From Sphyrna mokarran (taxonomy: Eukaryota), in assembly GCA_024679065.1 (NCBI GenBank), contig JAGIQG010000013.1, positions 25,916,001-25,980,000 on the forward strand: a stretch of DNA of 64,000 bases, written 5' to 3'. Each line of letters starts with the position of its first letter. Position 1 is the first letter of the stretch. Below, piece by piece: positions 26,938 to 37,909 of this stretch. The position numbers and the translations under genes were made by a program. Below the pieces are notes generated by a model. It had not been told where the DNA came from and searched no databases. It saw nothing but the letters and a program-made list of their open reading frames with translations.

Positions 26938-27154
26938 GTAAGAATTGAATTCCACAAGAGTTCACTCCAACAGTGGGGTTTGACACTTACTAGCGAAATC
27001 AAGACTAACCGTCTTGTTAGTATTAATATTAATTTCAAACTGCTTCCTTTATGGTTTACATATCGATAGTCAAAGTGTGGATTCCTAGAAATGTTAGAAT
27101 TTTTATTGGCATTACAGAATCTATCATTTCATTTAATTATGTATGTTTTACTGT

Positions 27155-27445
27155 TAGTAGGGTGGTTGGCAGTGCTGCCTCACAGCACTAGGGACTCCTG
27201 AGTTCGATTCCCAGCTTGAGTCACTGTCTGTGTGGAGTTTGCATGTTCTCCCCGTATCTGCACAGGTTTCCTCCGGGTACTCTGGCTTCCTCCCACAGTC
27301 CAAAAGATGTACTGGTTAAGTGCATTGGCCATGTTAAATTCTCCTTCAGTGTAGAGGAGTTAGAGTGTGGTACCAAGGGGATTTTAAGTAACTTCATTGC
27401 AGTGTTAATGTAAGCCTACTTGTGACACTAATAAGTAAAATTTTA
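27155..27445 (+). mobile_element. V-SINE, tail A
   Basis: Head, V core and tail A. Confidence 0.8.
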
Positions 27446-27875
27446 AAAGATTTTTTAAAAACTTTAATACTCAGAGTCAATTAAGCAGTAATCTTATCCT
27501 GTCTAAAATTTCTTTTTTCCCCAAATCATGGAATGCTCCACATTTTGTTTTAGCATTCCATTTGCTCTCCACCCCATTCACAATAGAGTAAATCCACATT
27601 TGTGTTTGTGTTTCTGAAATTTAATTTTAATTTAACCAAAACATGGATTCCCATAGATATCACAGTTAACATTGAAGTTAGGTTTTATAAGACCTTCCTC
27701 ATTAGAAAAATATTGCACATTACACACTATAGGTTGAAATTCTAAGGGAGAAAGTAGATACATTTTAAAATATAAAATGAAAATTTTCCAAACACAATAC
27801 TTCCTCTTTGCTGACAAGCCTGTTTCCTGGATCTTTTGCTCCCAGATTTTCCTGTCATTACAGATCTTCCGTCAG

Positions 27876-28014
27876 CACTGACCCTCTACTTTGTGACCTT
27901 TCCCCCGTCATTGACCCTCTGCCAGTGGCCTCTTCCCATCACTGACATTCTGCTTTATGTCTTTCCCCATCTCTGACCCTTCCCTTGTGACTTTTTCCTG
28001 TCTCTGGCCCTGCC
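27876..28014 (+). repeat. Degenerate ~31-bp minisatellite, about 4.5 copies
   Basis: Units resemble cactgaccctctgctttgtgacctttccccat. Confidence 0.7.
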
Positions 28015-29936
28015 AACACCCTCCTCCTCCTCTTCCTCATCATCCCGCCGACCTCTCACCTTGTGCTCTCTCTCTCTATCCCTAATTCTTTGCCTTCTGG
28101 CCTCTTTCCATCATTTGTTGATTAAAGGGCCCTTTATTTTAGCTACATAATTGATCCTTGTGTCAAGACCTGAACGAACCAAGGATCCTTCAGCTAAGTA
28201 TTAGAAAATTCTGTGTCATCCAATGCCGTTAAGCTGTATACAACATCGCCAAGTCTCTGACTTTGGATTAAGTCAGTATGATGTCCAGCTTGACCACAAA
28301 TACAGTTTCTTTCTGCAAATCCATTCCATCACCAAGATCACTTCTACTTTCAGGCTCTTTCTCCTCCTCCTTCAACTCCCCAGTACTGAATTGACTCTCA
28401 AAAATTTCAGTTCTAAGTACCATAAATCCATACTCTATCAAAGTCTACATTCTCAACATCCTCACTCCACAGACTCCCCATTTCTCAACATGTTGGTTTT
28501 TCATAATTCTGATCCTTATTTTCATGTTTCTCAATAGTCTTGTGAACTGCCCCAGCCTTATCTCCCCACCCCAAAATATAAACCTTGGGCTCCTCTAACA
28601 CTGTATGTTTTCCTCACCGATCCTCCATTTGTTCCACTTTTGCTGCATATTCCACCACTATATCCTTGGTTCTGCTAAACTTCCAATAAAACTCCAGCAA
28701 TGGAGCAGAGGAAGCCTGGAGAAAATTCCTAGGTCACGATTTCTGGAATGGTGGGGTTTTCCATCCTGCCGTCTGAAGGGTCAGCAGAGAATACATCCCC
28801 ACAACTATTTCATACTCTTGTGAGCGCTAATGGGTGCAGACAGAGCTTCCACTTCTCATTCAGGATGGAAGGAGCCTGCCTTGGAGAACTGCTGACCAAT
28901 CAGATTAACCAACAGTTCTGTGGTCCCTGCCAGCAGCAGCAGTGGGCAGGACTGGGACTGCAGTCAGCTCCCAAAGTCTAAGCCCAAGGATCCCAGAAGA
29001 GGGTAAGCGCTGGATCTCACAGTGTGGAGAGGTAGGGGAAATCTGGGCGTGTGGACAGTGGGGAATTGAATTGTTCGGGAAAAGGAGATCTGATGTTTAC
29101 TAGACAAAAGCCTAAAGGTTAAAAGGGCACCTCTGATAGATGTGTTTCTTCCTCCCCAACCTCCCTCCCCAGCATCTTCCCACACCAAGGATTACAACCA
29201 AATATTTTCAGACTTTCCCCACATTTGGGAACATCTTCTGCCAGCCTGAAATTGAGGCTGGCTTCCCTGAGAACTCATCCATCCTGGGATGCTTCCCAAG
29301 ATAGACAAGTCCAGCCACAATCTCATCTATGCTTTTTCATGCTCAGCACCACCCCTTATTGCCCACAAACCTGCAGGCAGGGAACATAAAGTTCGTACCC
29401 TAGTGGCAGTCTAATTATTGGAGCAGTACATGACTGTTGGAGGTGCTGTCTTCTGCAAGAGTTGTTAAATCAATGCTTGATTCACCCTGCCGGATGAAAT
29501 GGATCTCATTACACTCTTCAGAGATGGATAGAGGCTGTCTCTTAATGTTCTAATGAACGTGCATCTTTCAGCTAACATAAGCACAAAAATTCGGGACCAT
29601 GTTCCCCCAACCCAGCCCGGCACCTTCCCTCATGGCGGGTTTTCCAGTGATGAACCTGAATTGCTATTGGTTGGAGGGATCCCAAGTGGCGCAATCGGCG
29701 AGAAGCACAAATGACCATTGACTGGCAGGGCTGAAAGGTACTACTGGCTTCCAATAGCCAGCAACCTTTGCTATCAGAAAATCTGCTGTGAGGGGTTTGG
29801 AAGGATGTGACAGGCAAAAATCCCAGCCCTGGTCATTTATCTCGTTGTTGTGTGTGGGACTTTGCTATATAACATGGCTACTAGATTTTCCAACAGCAGC
29901 ATCAGTGCCTCATAAAGTAAGTTACTGGCTGTGATA

Positions 29937-30250
29937 GAGAATCATAGAATCCCTACAGTGCAGAAGGAGGCCATTTGACCCACCACATTTGCACCAACTA
30001 CAATCCCACCTAGGCCCTATTCCTCCACCTCCACGTCTTTATCCTGCTAATTTACACTGGCACTGACGGCCAATTTAGCATGGCCAATCTACCTAACTTG
30101 CGTACCTTTGGATGGTGGGAGGAAACTGTAGCACCCAGTGGAAACACATGCAGACACGTGGAGAACGTGCAAATTTCACACAGTGACCTAAGGCAGGAAT
30201 CAAACTCAGGTCCTTGGCGTTGTGAGGCAGCAATGCTAACCACTGTGACA
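29937..30250 (-). mobile_element. V-SINE, tail B
   Basis: agaatcatagaatccctacagtgcagaaggaggcc tail, V core and head. Confidence 0.82.
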
Positions 30251-30293
30251 AGTAAGATGTGCTTTGCTACATCCTGAGATTATGTAAAACAAC

Positions 30294-30848
30294 AGTCGGG
30301 ATTCTCCCAAAAATATTCCAAGTGTTAAATTTGTGTAAAAACTGGAGTAACTTCCACTGGGTTTTTTTTCAGTGAGATTTTCAAAATGAATTTCACACAC
30401 TCTGTGCACTGCAGAGTGCCCAAGCATGAATCATGATTAAAAACCATGGGCTTGGTCTATTCTTGCCAGACAGGCTAACAGCAGAGCACAACAGATCAAG
30501 CCACTGCGCAAGTGCCGATTACCCCCCTCAAACCACACCCGATCCCCCCGTCTCCTGGGCATGCCAATCCACTCACCCATCCCTGATGGCTAGCCCCAGT
30601 TGCTGTTCCCCCTCCTGTCACCAATCCCAAGTGGCAGCAGGATCCCCCAACCCATCGATCTACCCTCCCCCGTAAGCCTTGCCCATTGGCAGTGCCCAGT
30701 GGATAGTGCTAACATGCCATCTGGGCATTACCAGTTTGCTCCTTCGGCAGTGCTGGGACAGGCTGGCACTGCCAATCTGACAATGCCCAGGGGAATCTCC
30801 CTTAATTCTGGCCTCCTGGAGAGGCCTCCATCCCACCAACACCATCTC

Positions 30849-30880
<32 letters not shown>

Positions 30881-31141
30881 CTGTTAGTGGGGAGCTATTA
30901 TAAACTCTGCTGGAATGAACTGGCAGAGGCCAGCGGGCCCGGAAACTTCAGTCTCAGGCTCACTAATATATTAAAATGAAGATTTAAATATTTTAACCGG
31001 CTCCATGCAGATTCCCGGTGTGGAGCTCATGAAGCCAGAAATCCAGGACCCGGAAATGTGCGGAGGCCATGGCCCCCACCAGAGAGCCCGCTAAACGGTG
31101 TTTGTTTAGGTCTCCAGCAGTGAGTTGAGAGAATCACTCCC
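30294..31141 (+). mobile_element. PIF/Harbinger-type MITE (family H1)
   Basis: TIR agtcgggattctcc / agagaatcactccc; 3-bp TSD aac. Confidence 0.78.
30849..30877 (+). repeat. (CA)n microsatellite
   Basis: Direct reading; other short ones are (CA)n at about 47258-47276, (CT)n at about 49865-49884 and poly-C at about 50299-50315. Confidence 0.9.
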
Positions 31142-31467
31142 AACATATGAATGCATTGCACCTGAAGAATTTAATCAATATTTTTATAACAGGGTACTTA
31201 AATAAAGTGAGAGCATTGTTTTTGAACTTTAACTTATCCACTATAAAATGCCAAGAAAGAATTTATATTATGCACCATGGGAAATAAAATTATAAATCTT
31301 AAGGTAAAACATTCTTAAGGTACTTAAGGTAAAACATTCTCCAATTGTGGTTAACCATCTCATGATGCAGGAAATGATTTTTGTTGCAGTATGTTCATGT
31401 CTTAATTTTTCATGTCTTTCAATGAATCACAAAAAACTATTTCTTTTGTCTTGGAACTTGCCCACAG

Positions 31468-31692
31468 TTTGAACGGTTTGGTTCAGATACAACTAATTCA
31501 GCACCGTTGAAAGGTGTTTCGTTCTGCAGCCTTCTAATGGGTCTGTATGAAATGGGAGCCAGCAGCCTCCTAAATGATGAAGTAAAAGAAGATTTGAAGC
31601 AGGCGATTACAAAACTGCATCTCTGCGATCTAGTTCTGGCCGTGAAGCAGGTGATGTTGTACATCCGAAGCTCCGTGGAGAACTTTCCAAAA
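31468..31692 (+). CDS. URB1: URB1 exon 12
   Basis: ccacag|TTT GAA...CCA AAA|gtgagt; ...AVKQVMLYIRSSVENFPK. Confidence 0.88.
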
Positions 31693-33442
31693 GTGAGTGC
31701 GGTATTTGTTACCAGGACAACTAGGGAAAAGAATGTGTTTAGATCCAGAGATTATCTGTCCATTTAATGTTACAATAACTTCCCTGCAGTATCTTACACC
31801 AGGCCTGCCTTGAAAATAAAAAATATGAAATGTTGGATGTATTCGGCAAGCCAGGCAGCATTGGAGTTATTTTTTCAGGTCTAACATTAACTCTGTTTAT
31901 CTTCCCACAGGTGCTGCCTGACCTGTTGAGCATTTCCATCGTTTCCTGGTTATATCTCAGATTTTCAGCATCCATAGCATTTTACTTTTGTATTACTGCT
32001 TACTTCCAATAGGAAAAGCGGATCACCCCTTGGTTTTGCTTATTTTAAAGCGTGCCACATGATTTTCTTTTGAAAGCATTCTGCTCTCAAATCAAAAGTT
32101 GCAAGAAATGCTGATATAGTTGATTTGTTTAAGAGAAATATTGGAAATTCAAATGCAAAATTATATTATTTACTATATCCTGGGCATAAATATTGCTGAT
32201 AAAGTAATTGTTCTACTTGGAGTACCAGTGTTTGAAAGACACTGTATAAAATGCAAATTCTTTCTATTAAAAATAGTTTCACATGAGGCTCAAAGGGCCA
32301 AATGTACTCCTCCTCCTCCTATCTTTCATGTTTCTATGAAATGTCTGCCTGTCTTCTATGTCTAGTGACATATCTCCTATCTTTAAAATACATTTCTCAA
32401 AACCCTTTTGACATGGCCCTAAAGAAAATGCAGCACTTTCCACAATATCACCTTTGGCACTTTGACTTTCAGTGACATTTTTAGTTCTTTCCTGCTCAGT
32501 ATGATTAGAACTATCTATTCACAATGGGGAGTGAATGCAGAAGACACCACAATCATTTAGACCAGACAGTGTGGTCCAGTAAATCTTATCCTGTTGATCA
32601 TTTGTTGTGTGTTCATTACATAAAACAGATAATAGCAAACAGTCAGTTTGGATTTACACTTGGAACTCTGAGGTGACACACTGCATCATTCAATCCAGCC
32701 ATGTGCTAGCAATTGATTGTGAAAATTCATTATTTTTTCTACAAGGCATTCTTTGGATTTTTAAGAATTTTGTTTTTAATCATTGCTCCTGTGATTTTGT
32801 GCTCATTAGTATTTGACTATTCATATGTTGAAGTCGCCCAAAACAGCATCTCTGTAAGTAGTGCAGCCTGCCATTGGTCTTGTGATTCTTTACTGTGCTG
32901 GACCAGAACTTCAAGAATTTGTCAATTATCTCAAAACAATGTTATCACTCCTGAAAATGTTCCATACTTTAAGTCTTTAAGCAACACAGCACGGGAAACA
33001 GGCCCTTCGGCCCAACGAGCCCGCGCCGCCGTCATACTATATAGTAGCAAATACATTATCCTATTTTAATATTCCTATATAATAGTATATATATTATTCC
33101 TAATATGGAAAATTTTCACCATAGGGACAATTTGTTTCCCAATCAGCCTAAGAGCGAATTTTTGGGTTGTGGGAGGAAACCGGAGTGCCCGGAGAAAACC
33201 CACGCAACCACGGGGAGAACGCGCAAACTCCCGCAGACACCGGCCCAATTCCAAGTGTCTGCACAGCCACATCGATAGTCTCTGAGCTGTCATGGTGCCC
33301 TTCAGATGGTCCACATAAAGCACTCATTTACGACATGAGGTACCAGGCAACCCATGAATCAACATCCAAGAGCTGTACCCGCACCACCTGCCGAATGCGT
33401 GCTCAAATTATGGACCGAATTACCTGTGGAAAAAAGCCGTAG

Positions 33443-36349
33443 TTAAACAGTCCTAATATATCCCTCTATCTGCATACCGCTCATGTGGCTGTCCAAGAGA
33501 CCCTTAAACAGCCCCAGCGTGCCTGCTCCCACCACCTTACTCGGCAGTGCATTCCACACCCCCACTACCCTTTGTGTGAAAAACTGCCCTCTAATATTCG
33601 TCCTATACATAGCCCCCCTCACCCTATGGCCATGACCCCTCGTCCTATCCATTTCTAAAGGTGGAAAAAGTTTACCTCCATTTACTCTATCTATACCCCT
33701 TATAATCTTATACACCTCTATGAGATCCCCTCTAAGCCGACGTCTTTCAAGGGAAAACAACCCCAGTCTATCTAATCGTTCCTCATAAGACAGTCCTTCC
33801 ATACCAGGCAGCATCCTGGTAAACCTCCTCTGCACTCTCTCCAAGGACTCCACATCCTTCCGATAGTACGGAGACCAGAACTGGGCGCAGTATTCCAAGT
33901 GAGGCCTAACCAAAGTTGTATACAACTGCAACATCAAACTCCTACTCTTATATTCTATACCCTTTTCTATGAAAGCTAACATACTATACGCCTTCTTTGT
34001 CACCTTCTCCACCTGTGAGGACACCTTCAGAGACTTGTGAACCTGCACCCCCAAGTCTCTCTGCGTCTCTATGCTCCGTATAGTTTTACCTTTTATCCTA
34101 TAATTCTCTTCTACATTTTTCCGGCCAAAATGCATCACCTCGCATTTTTCCGGATTAAATTCCATTTGCCATCTATCTGCCCAGTCTACCAACCTGTCTA
34201 TGTCCTGTTGTATTGCCTGACACTGCTCTTCTGTACCCGCCAATCCAAGCATCTTGGTGTCATCAGCAAATTTGCTGATCTCACCACCTACCCCTACTTC
34301 CAAGTCGTTTATGTAGACCACAAATAGAAGAGGACCTAGTACTGAGCCTTGTGGCACTCCACTAGTGACAGGCTTCCAGCCGGAAAAAGAGCCTTCCACT
34401 ACTACCCTCTGTCTCCTCCTCCCGAGCCAGTTCTCGACCCATCTACATACCCGACCCTGTATCCCATGCGCCTTCACCTTCTCTATCAGTCTACCATGAG
34501 GAACCTTGTCAAACGCCTTACTGAAATCCATGTAGACGACATCAACAGCATGTCCTTCATCAACTGTTTTTGTCACTTCTTCAAAAAATTCCACTAGATT
34601 TGTAAGACAAGACTTCCCCTTGACGAAGCCATGCTGCGTATCCCTGATCAGATCGCAGCGCTCCAGATGCTCATACATCCTGTCCCTAAGGATCCTCTCC
34701 ATTAGCTTACCTATAACTGAAGTCAAGCTCACCGGCCTATAGTTCCCTGGGTGATCCCTCTGACCTTTTTTAAACAACCGTACTACGTTTGCTATCCTCC
34801 AGTCCTCTGGGACCTCACCTGTGTCCAAGGAAGAGACAAAGATTTGCGTCAGAGGCCCAGCCAAGTCTTCCCTCAACTCCCTTAGCAGCCTGGGGTAAAT
34901 GCCATCAGGCCCCGGAGCTTTATATGTCTTTAAGCTGCCTAACAGCCCCAACACCTCTTTCCTCGTAATCCTTATTTCCCTCAACCGATCCTCAACTTTG
35001 TCAACATCAGGCACAGACATCTGTCCAGTCTCCTGCGTGAATACCGACGCAAAGTATTCATTCAGGATCTCCCCCATTCCCTCAGGCTCTAAGCATAGAT
35101 CCCCTCCTCTGTCCCTAAGAGGTCCAATCTTGCCTCTAACCATCCTTTTGCTCCTTACATAGGTGTAAAATGCCTTTGGATTTTCCTTTATCCTACCTGC
35201 CAGAGCCACCTCGTGGCCCCTTTTTGCCTTTCTAATACCCCTTTTAAGATCCCGTCTACACTCTCTATAAGCTTCCAGCGCTGTCTCAGTCCCTAGTTGC
35301 CTAGATCTAATGTAAGCCTCTTTCTTTTTCTTGATCAAGTCCTCAATCTCCCTGGTAAGCCAAGGTTCTCTAATCCTACCTTTCCCATCCTTCCTCCTTG
35401 CCGGCACGTATCTTTCCTGCAGAGAGTTTAGTTTTCCCTTGAAAGACTCCCACATGTACCTCGTCGACCTGCCCTCAAAAAGCTTATTCCAGTCGGTATC
35501 TTTAAGATCTTGCCTAATCTGGCCGTATCTAGCCCTCCCCCAGTTAAATACCCTCCCTTTTAGGCCAGTCTCGTCCTTTTCCATTAATATCCTAAAGCAG
35601 ACAGAGTTGTGATCACTATTTGACACCTGCTCTCCTACCTCGACGTCAACCACCTGGCCTGGCTCATTCCCCAGAACCAAATCCAGTATAGCCCCCTCTC
35701 TAGTCGGGCCATCCACATACTGCTCCAAGGACCCTTCCAAAACACACTGTACAAATTCCTCCCCATCCACTCCTACAGCCCTGGGCACACTCCAATCTAC
35801 TCCAGGAAAATTGAAATCTCCCACTACTACCACCCTATTTTTCCTACACTTATCTAAAATGTCCCTGCATATCCCTTCTTCCGCAGCCTGCGGGCTGTTG
35901 GGCGGTCTGTAGTAAACACCCAACAGTGTAACCACTCCCTTCCTATTCCTCAACTCCACCCATAGAGACTCAATTCCTAAATCATCCATACCTCCCTCCC
36001 TCTGCACTGCTATGACGTTGTCCTTAACTAATAAAGCCACTCCCCCGCCTCTCTTCACACCAACTCTGTCACACCTAAAACACTTATACCCTGGAATATT
36101 CAATTGCCAGTCTTGCCCCTCCTTCAACCACGTCTCGGTCACCGCCACCACGTCTAAACTCCTCGTGAACATTATTGCCTTCAGTTCATCTGTTTTGCTA
36201 GTCACACTCCTCGCATTAAAACACGTGCACTGAAGACCCTCAGCTCTCGGATATTCCTTTCTACCTACTGGTGTTACCCTATCATCCCTCTCTCTCCCAC
36301 TCCCAGTTCCCGTTGTCTCCCCACCCTCCCTCCCTATTAGTTTAAACAT
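33443..36349 (-). CDS. CR1 ORF2, APE endonuclease + reverse transcriptase, intact (968 aa)
   Basis: EN motifs FNARS, VTETW, GVYYRPP, GDFN, LDLVL, SDHN; RT motifs [44 protein letters not shown]; no internal stop. Confidence 0.95.
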   Translation of the reverse strand: MFKLIGREGGETTGTGSGRERDDRVTPVGRKEYPRAEGLQCTCFNARSVTSKTDELKAIMFTRSLDVVAVTETWLKEGQDWQLNIPGYKCFRCDRVGVKRGGGVALLVKDNVIAVQREGGMDDLGIESLWVELRNRKGVVTLLGVYYRPPNSPQAAEEGICRDILDKCRKNRVVVVGDFNFPGVDWSVPRAVGVDGEEFVQCVLEGSLEQYVDGPTREGAILDLVLGNEPGQVVDVEVGEQVSNSDHNSVCFRILMEKDETGLKGRVFNWGRARYGQIRQDLKDTDWNKLFEGRSTRYMWESFKGKLNSLQERYVPARRKDGKGRIREPWLTREIEDLIKKKKEAYIRSRQLGTETALEAYRECRRDLKRGIRKAKRGHEVALAGRIKENPKAFYTYVRSKRMVRGKIGPLRDRGGDLCLEPEGMGEILNEYFASVFTQETGQMSVPDVDKVEDRLREIRITRKEVLGLLGSLKTYKAPGPDGIYPRLLRELREDLAGPLTQIFVSSLDTGEVPEDWRIANVVRLFKKGQRDHPGNYRPVSLTSVIGKLMERILRDRMYEHLERCDLIRDTQHGFVKGKSCLTNLVEFFEEVTKTVDEGHAVDVVYMDFSKAFDKVPHGRLIEKVKAHGIQGRVCRWVENWLGRRRQRVVVEGSFSGWKPVTSGVPQGSVLGPLLFVVYINDLEVGVGGEISKFADDTKMLGLAGTEEQCQAIQQDIDRLVDWADRWQMEFNPEKCEVMHFGRKNVEENYRIKGKTIRSIETQRDLGVQVHKSLKVSSQVEKVTKKAYSMLAFIEKGIEYKSRSLMLQLYTTLVRPHLEYCAQFWSPYYRKDVESLERVQRRFTRMLPGMEGLSYEERLDRLGLFSLERRRLRGDLIEVYKIIRGIDRVNGGKLFPPLEMDRTRGHGHRVRGAMYRTNIRGQFFTQRVVGVWNALPSKVVGAGTLGLFKGLLDSHMSGMQIEGYIRTV

Positions 36350-36508
36350 TTCTGAAACACTCCAGCTAACCTCCCAGCTAAAATATGTGTTCCCCTCCCA
36401 GTCAACTGCTCCCTATCCCTCGTGAATAGGTGACCCTCCCTCCTGAAGACTTCCCAATGATCAATAAATATGAAGCCTTCTGCCCTACACCAATCCCTCA
36501 TCCATGCA
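36337..36508 (-). pseudogene. CR1 ORF1 C-terminal remnant (SGNH esterase-like)
   Basis: WMRDWCRAEGFIFIDHW...LTGRGTHILAGRL...LN* resembles the CR1 ORF1 esterase tail; cut by the 5' truncation. Confidence 0.8.
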
Positions 36509-36662
36509 TCCATACTTAGCAATTTTGGTAATAATTCTGAGGAATGAGTAGGAGCCGAAGAATAATTACTTAATTAAGTAACCATTTTGTAATTCCTTTA
36601 CAGATACAGTTTGTATTTTTAAATCATCCTTCAACTTGTTATTAATCTGTTTGTTGTTTCAG

Positions 36663-36839
36663 TTGGAACGAGGCACTGGATTAGCACTGATCGAACTATT
36701 TATGGATCTCTTAAAATTGTTGTTACGGAGATGTGAACAGATTGATGATACCATTGAGAATAAATTTATTAATGAAGGTGAAACTGAGCTTTTCATTGAC
36801 CTTGATTCCATTACGGATGGAGAACTAATGAAGGATCAG
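36663..36839 (+). CDS. URB1: URB1 exon 13
   Basis: tttcag|TTG GAA CGA...GAT CAG|gtaatc; LERGTGLALIELFMDLLKLLLRRCEQ...ELFIDLDS. Confidence 0.88.
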
Positions 36840-36949
36840 GTAATCCCTCAGTGTACTTTGTTCTGTTTCTACATTGAGACTTTCACGCCCTATGGTTAAA
36901 GTGGAATTTTCCACATGTTGAAGAGGCCCAAAATAGCATCTCTGACCAG

Positions 36950-37305
36950 AATCATACTTTAAGAAGAGGCCCTTTGGCCCATCAGGTCTGTACCTACACA
37001 TGAAACACCTGATCTCCCACCTAGTCCCATTTATCAGCACTTGGCCTATAGCCTTGAATGTCATGATGTGCCAAGTGCTTATCCAGGGACTTTTTAAAGA
37101 TTGCAAAGCAACCCTCCTCTTTACTCCCTCCCAGGCAGTGCATTCAAGATTATCATTACCCTGTGGGTAAAAAAGATTTTCCTCACATCACATCTAAACT
37201 TCCTGTCCCTCACCTTGAACTTGTGTCCCCTCATAACTGATCGTTCAACTAAGGGGAACAGCTGCTCCTTATCTATTCTGTCCCTGCCCATCCATAATCT
37301 TGTAT
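36950..37305 (-). mobile_element. CR1 LINE 3' end
   Basis: gaggccctttggcccatc terminal motif and remnants of the ORF2 C-terminus. Confidence 0.75.
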
Positions 37306-37909
37306 GTAAATTTTCAGGTTGTTCTCACCAGCGGAATCTTTCAGTCCCACTGATGGCAACATCTGCTGTGGGTTTCCTGGCAGGTGGTACATTGAACAGG
37401 AAAACCTGGCGACAGCACCAGCCATTCTTGGGCGAGGGTGTGCCTCTGCCAGGAAGGAAGCCACATGGGCACACAGAAATTCCCGCCCTCTATCTGTAGT
37501 GCAGGCTATGAATGATCTCATTCGAGGCATGATTTATGTCATATGAGAGTATTCTTTTGAGAATGTATGTTTTAAGATCGTGGCTCTGTTTGTATTGTTT
37601 TTCTTGCTAACTTTTTCCTGTCTAAACCTTTGCTGAATTCTTGTGGAAATGTAAAGGCAAATTGCCCTATTTGACCACAGGGAAGTCTTAATTGTTGCTC
37701 ATCTTGACCCCACCCAGTATTCAGAAACATGAACATTATCAAGACTTGCAGGATAATCATTTGGAAACCTAGTTGATTTTCTTTCCACTACCAATCTAGA
37801 GGTTTTGGGCTCAAGGCCTTCATTATTTCTCTAACTAAGATGATCTAACTGAACAAACTTGATAATAAAACCTGGAGCATCGTTGGTATGAGTTAAGGAA
37901 GAAAGAGGT

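Larger units (their letters stand above)
32970..36508 (-). mobile_element. Young 5'-truncated CR1 LINE, antisense to URB1
   Basis: TSD tccatactt at 32961-32969 and 36509-36517; a tandem 3' tail (cttaaaga repeats); the CR1-type terminal motif gggccgaagggcctgtttcc; CpG dinucleotides retained. Confidence 0.93.

Noticed and set aside
34037-36233. + strand ORFs within the CR1
   Set aside because: These are antisense shadows of ORF2 with no independent coding signal.
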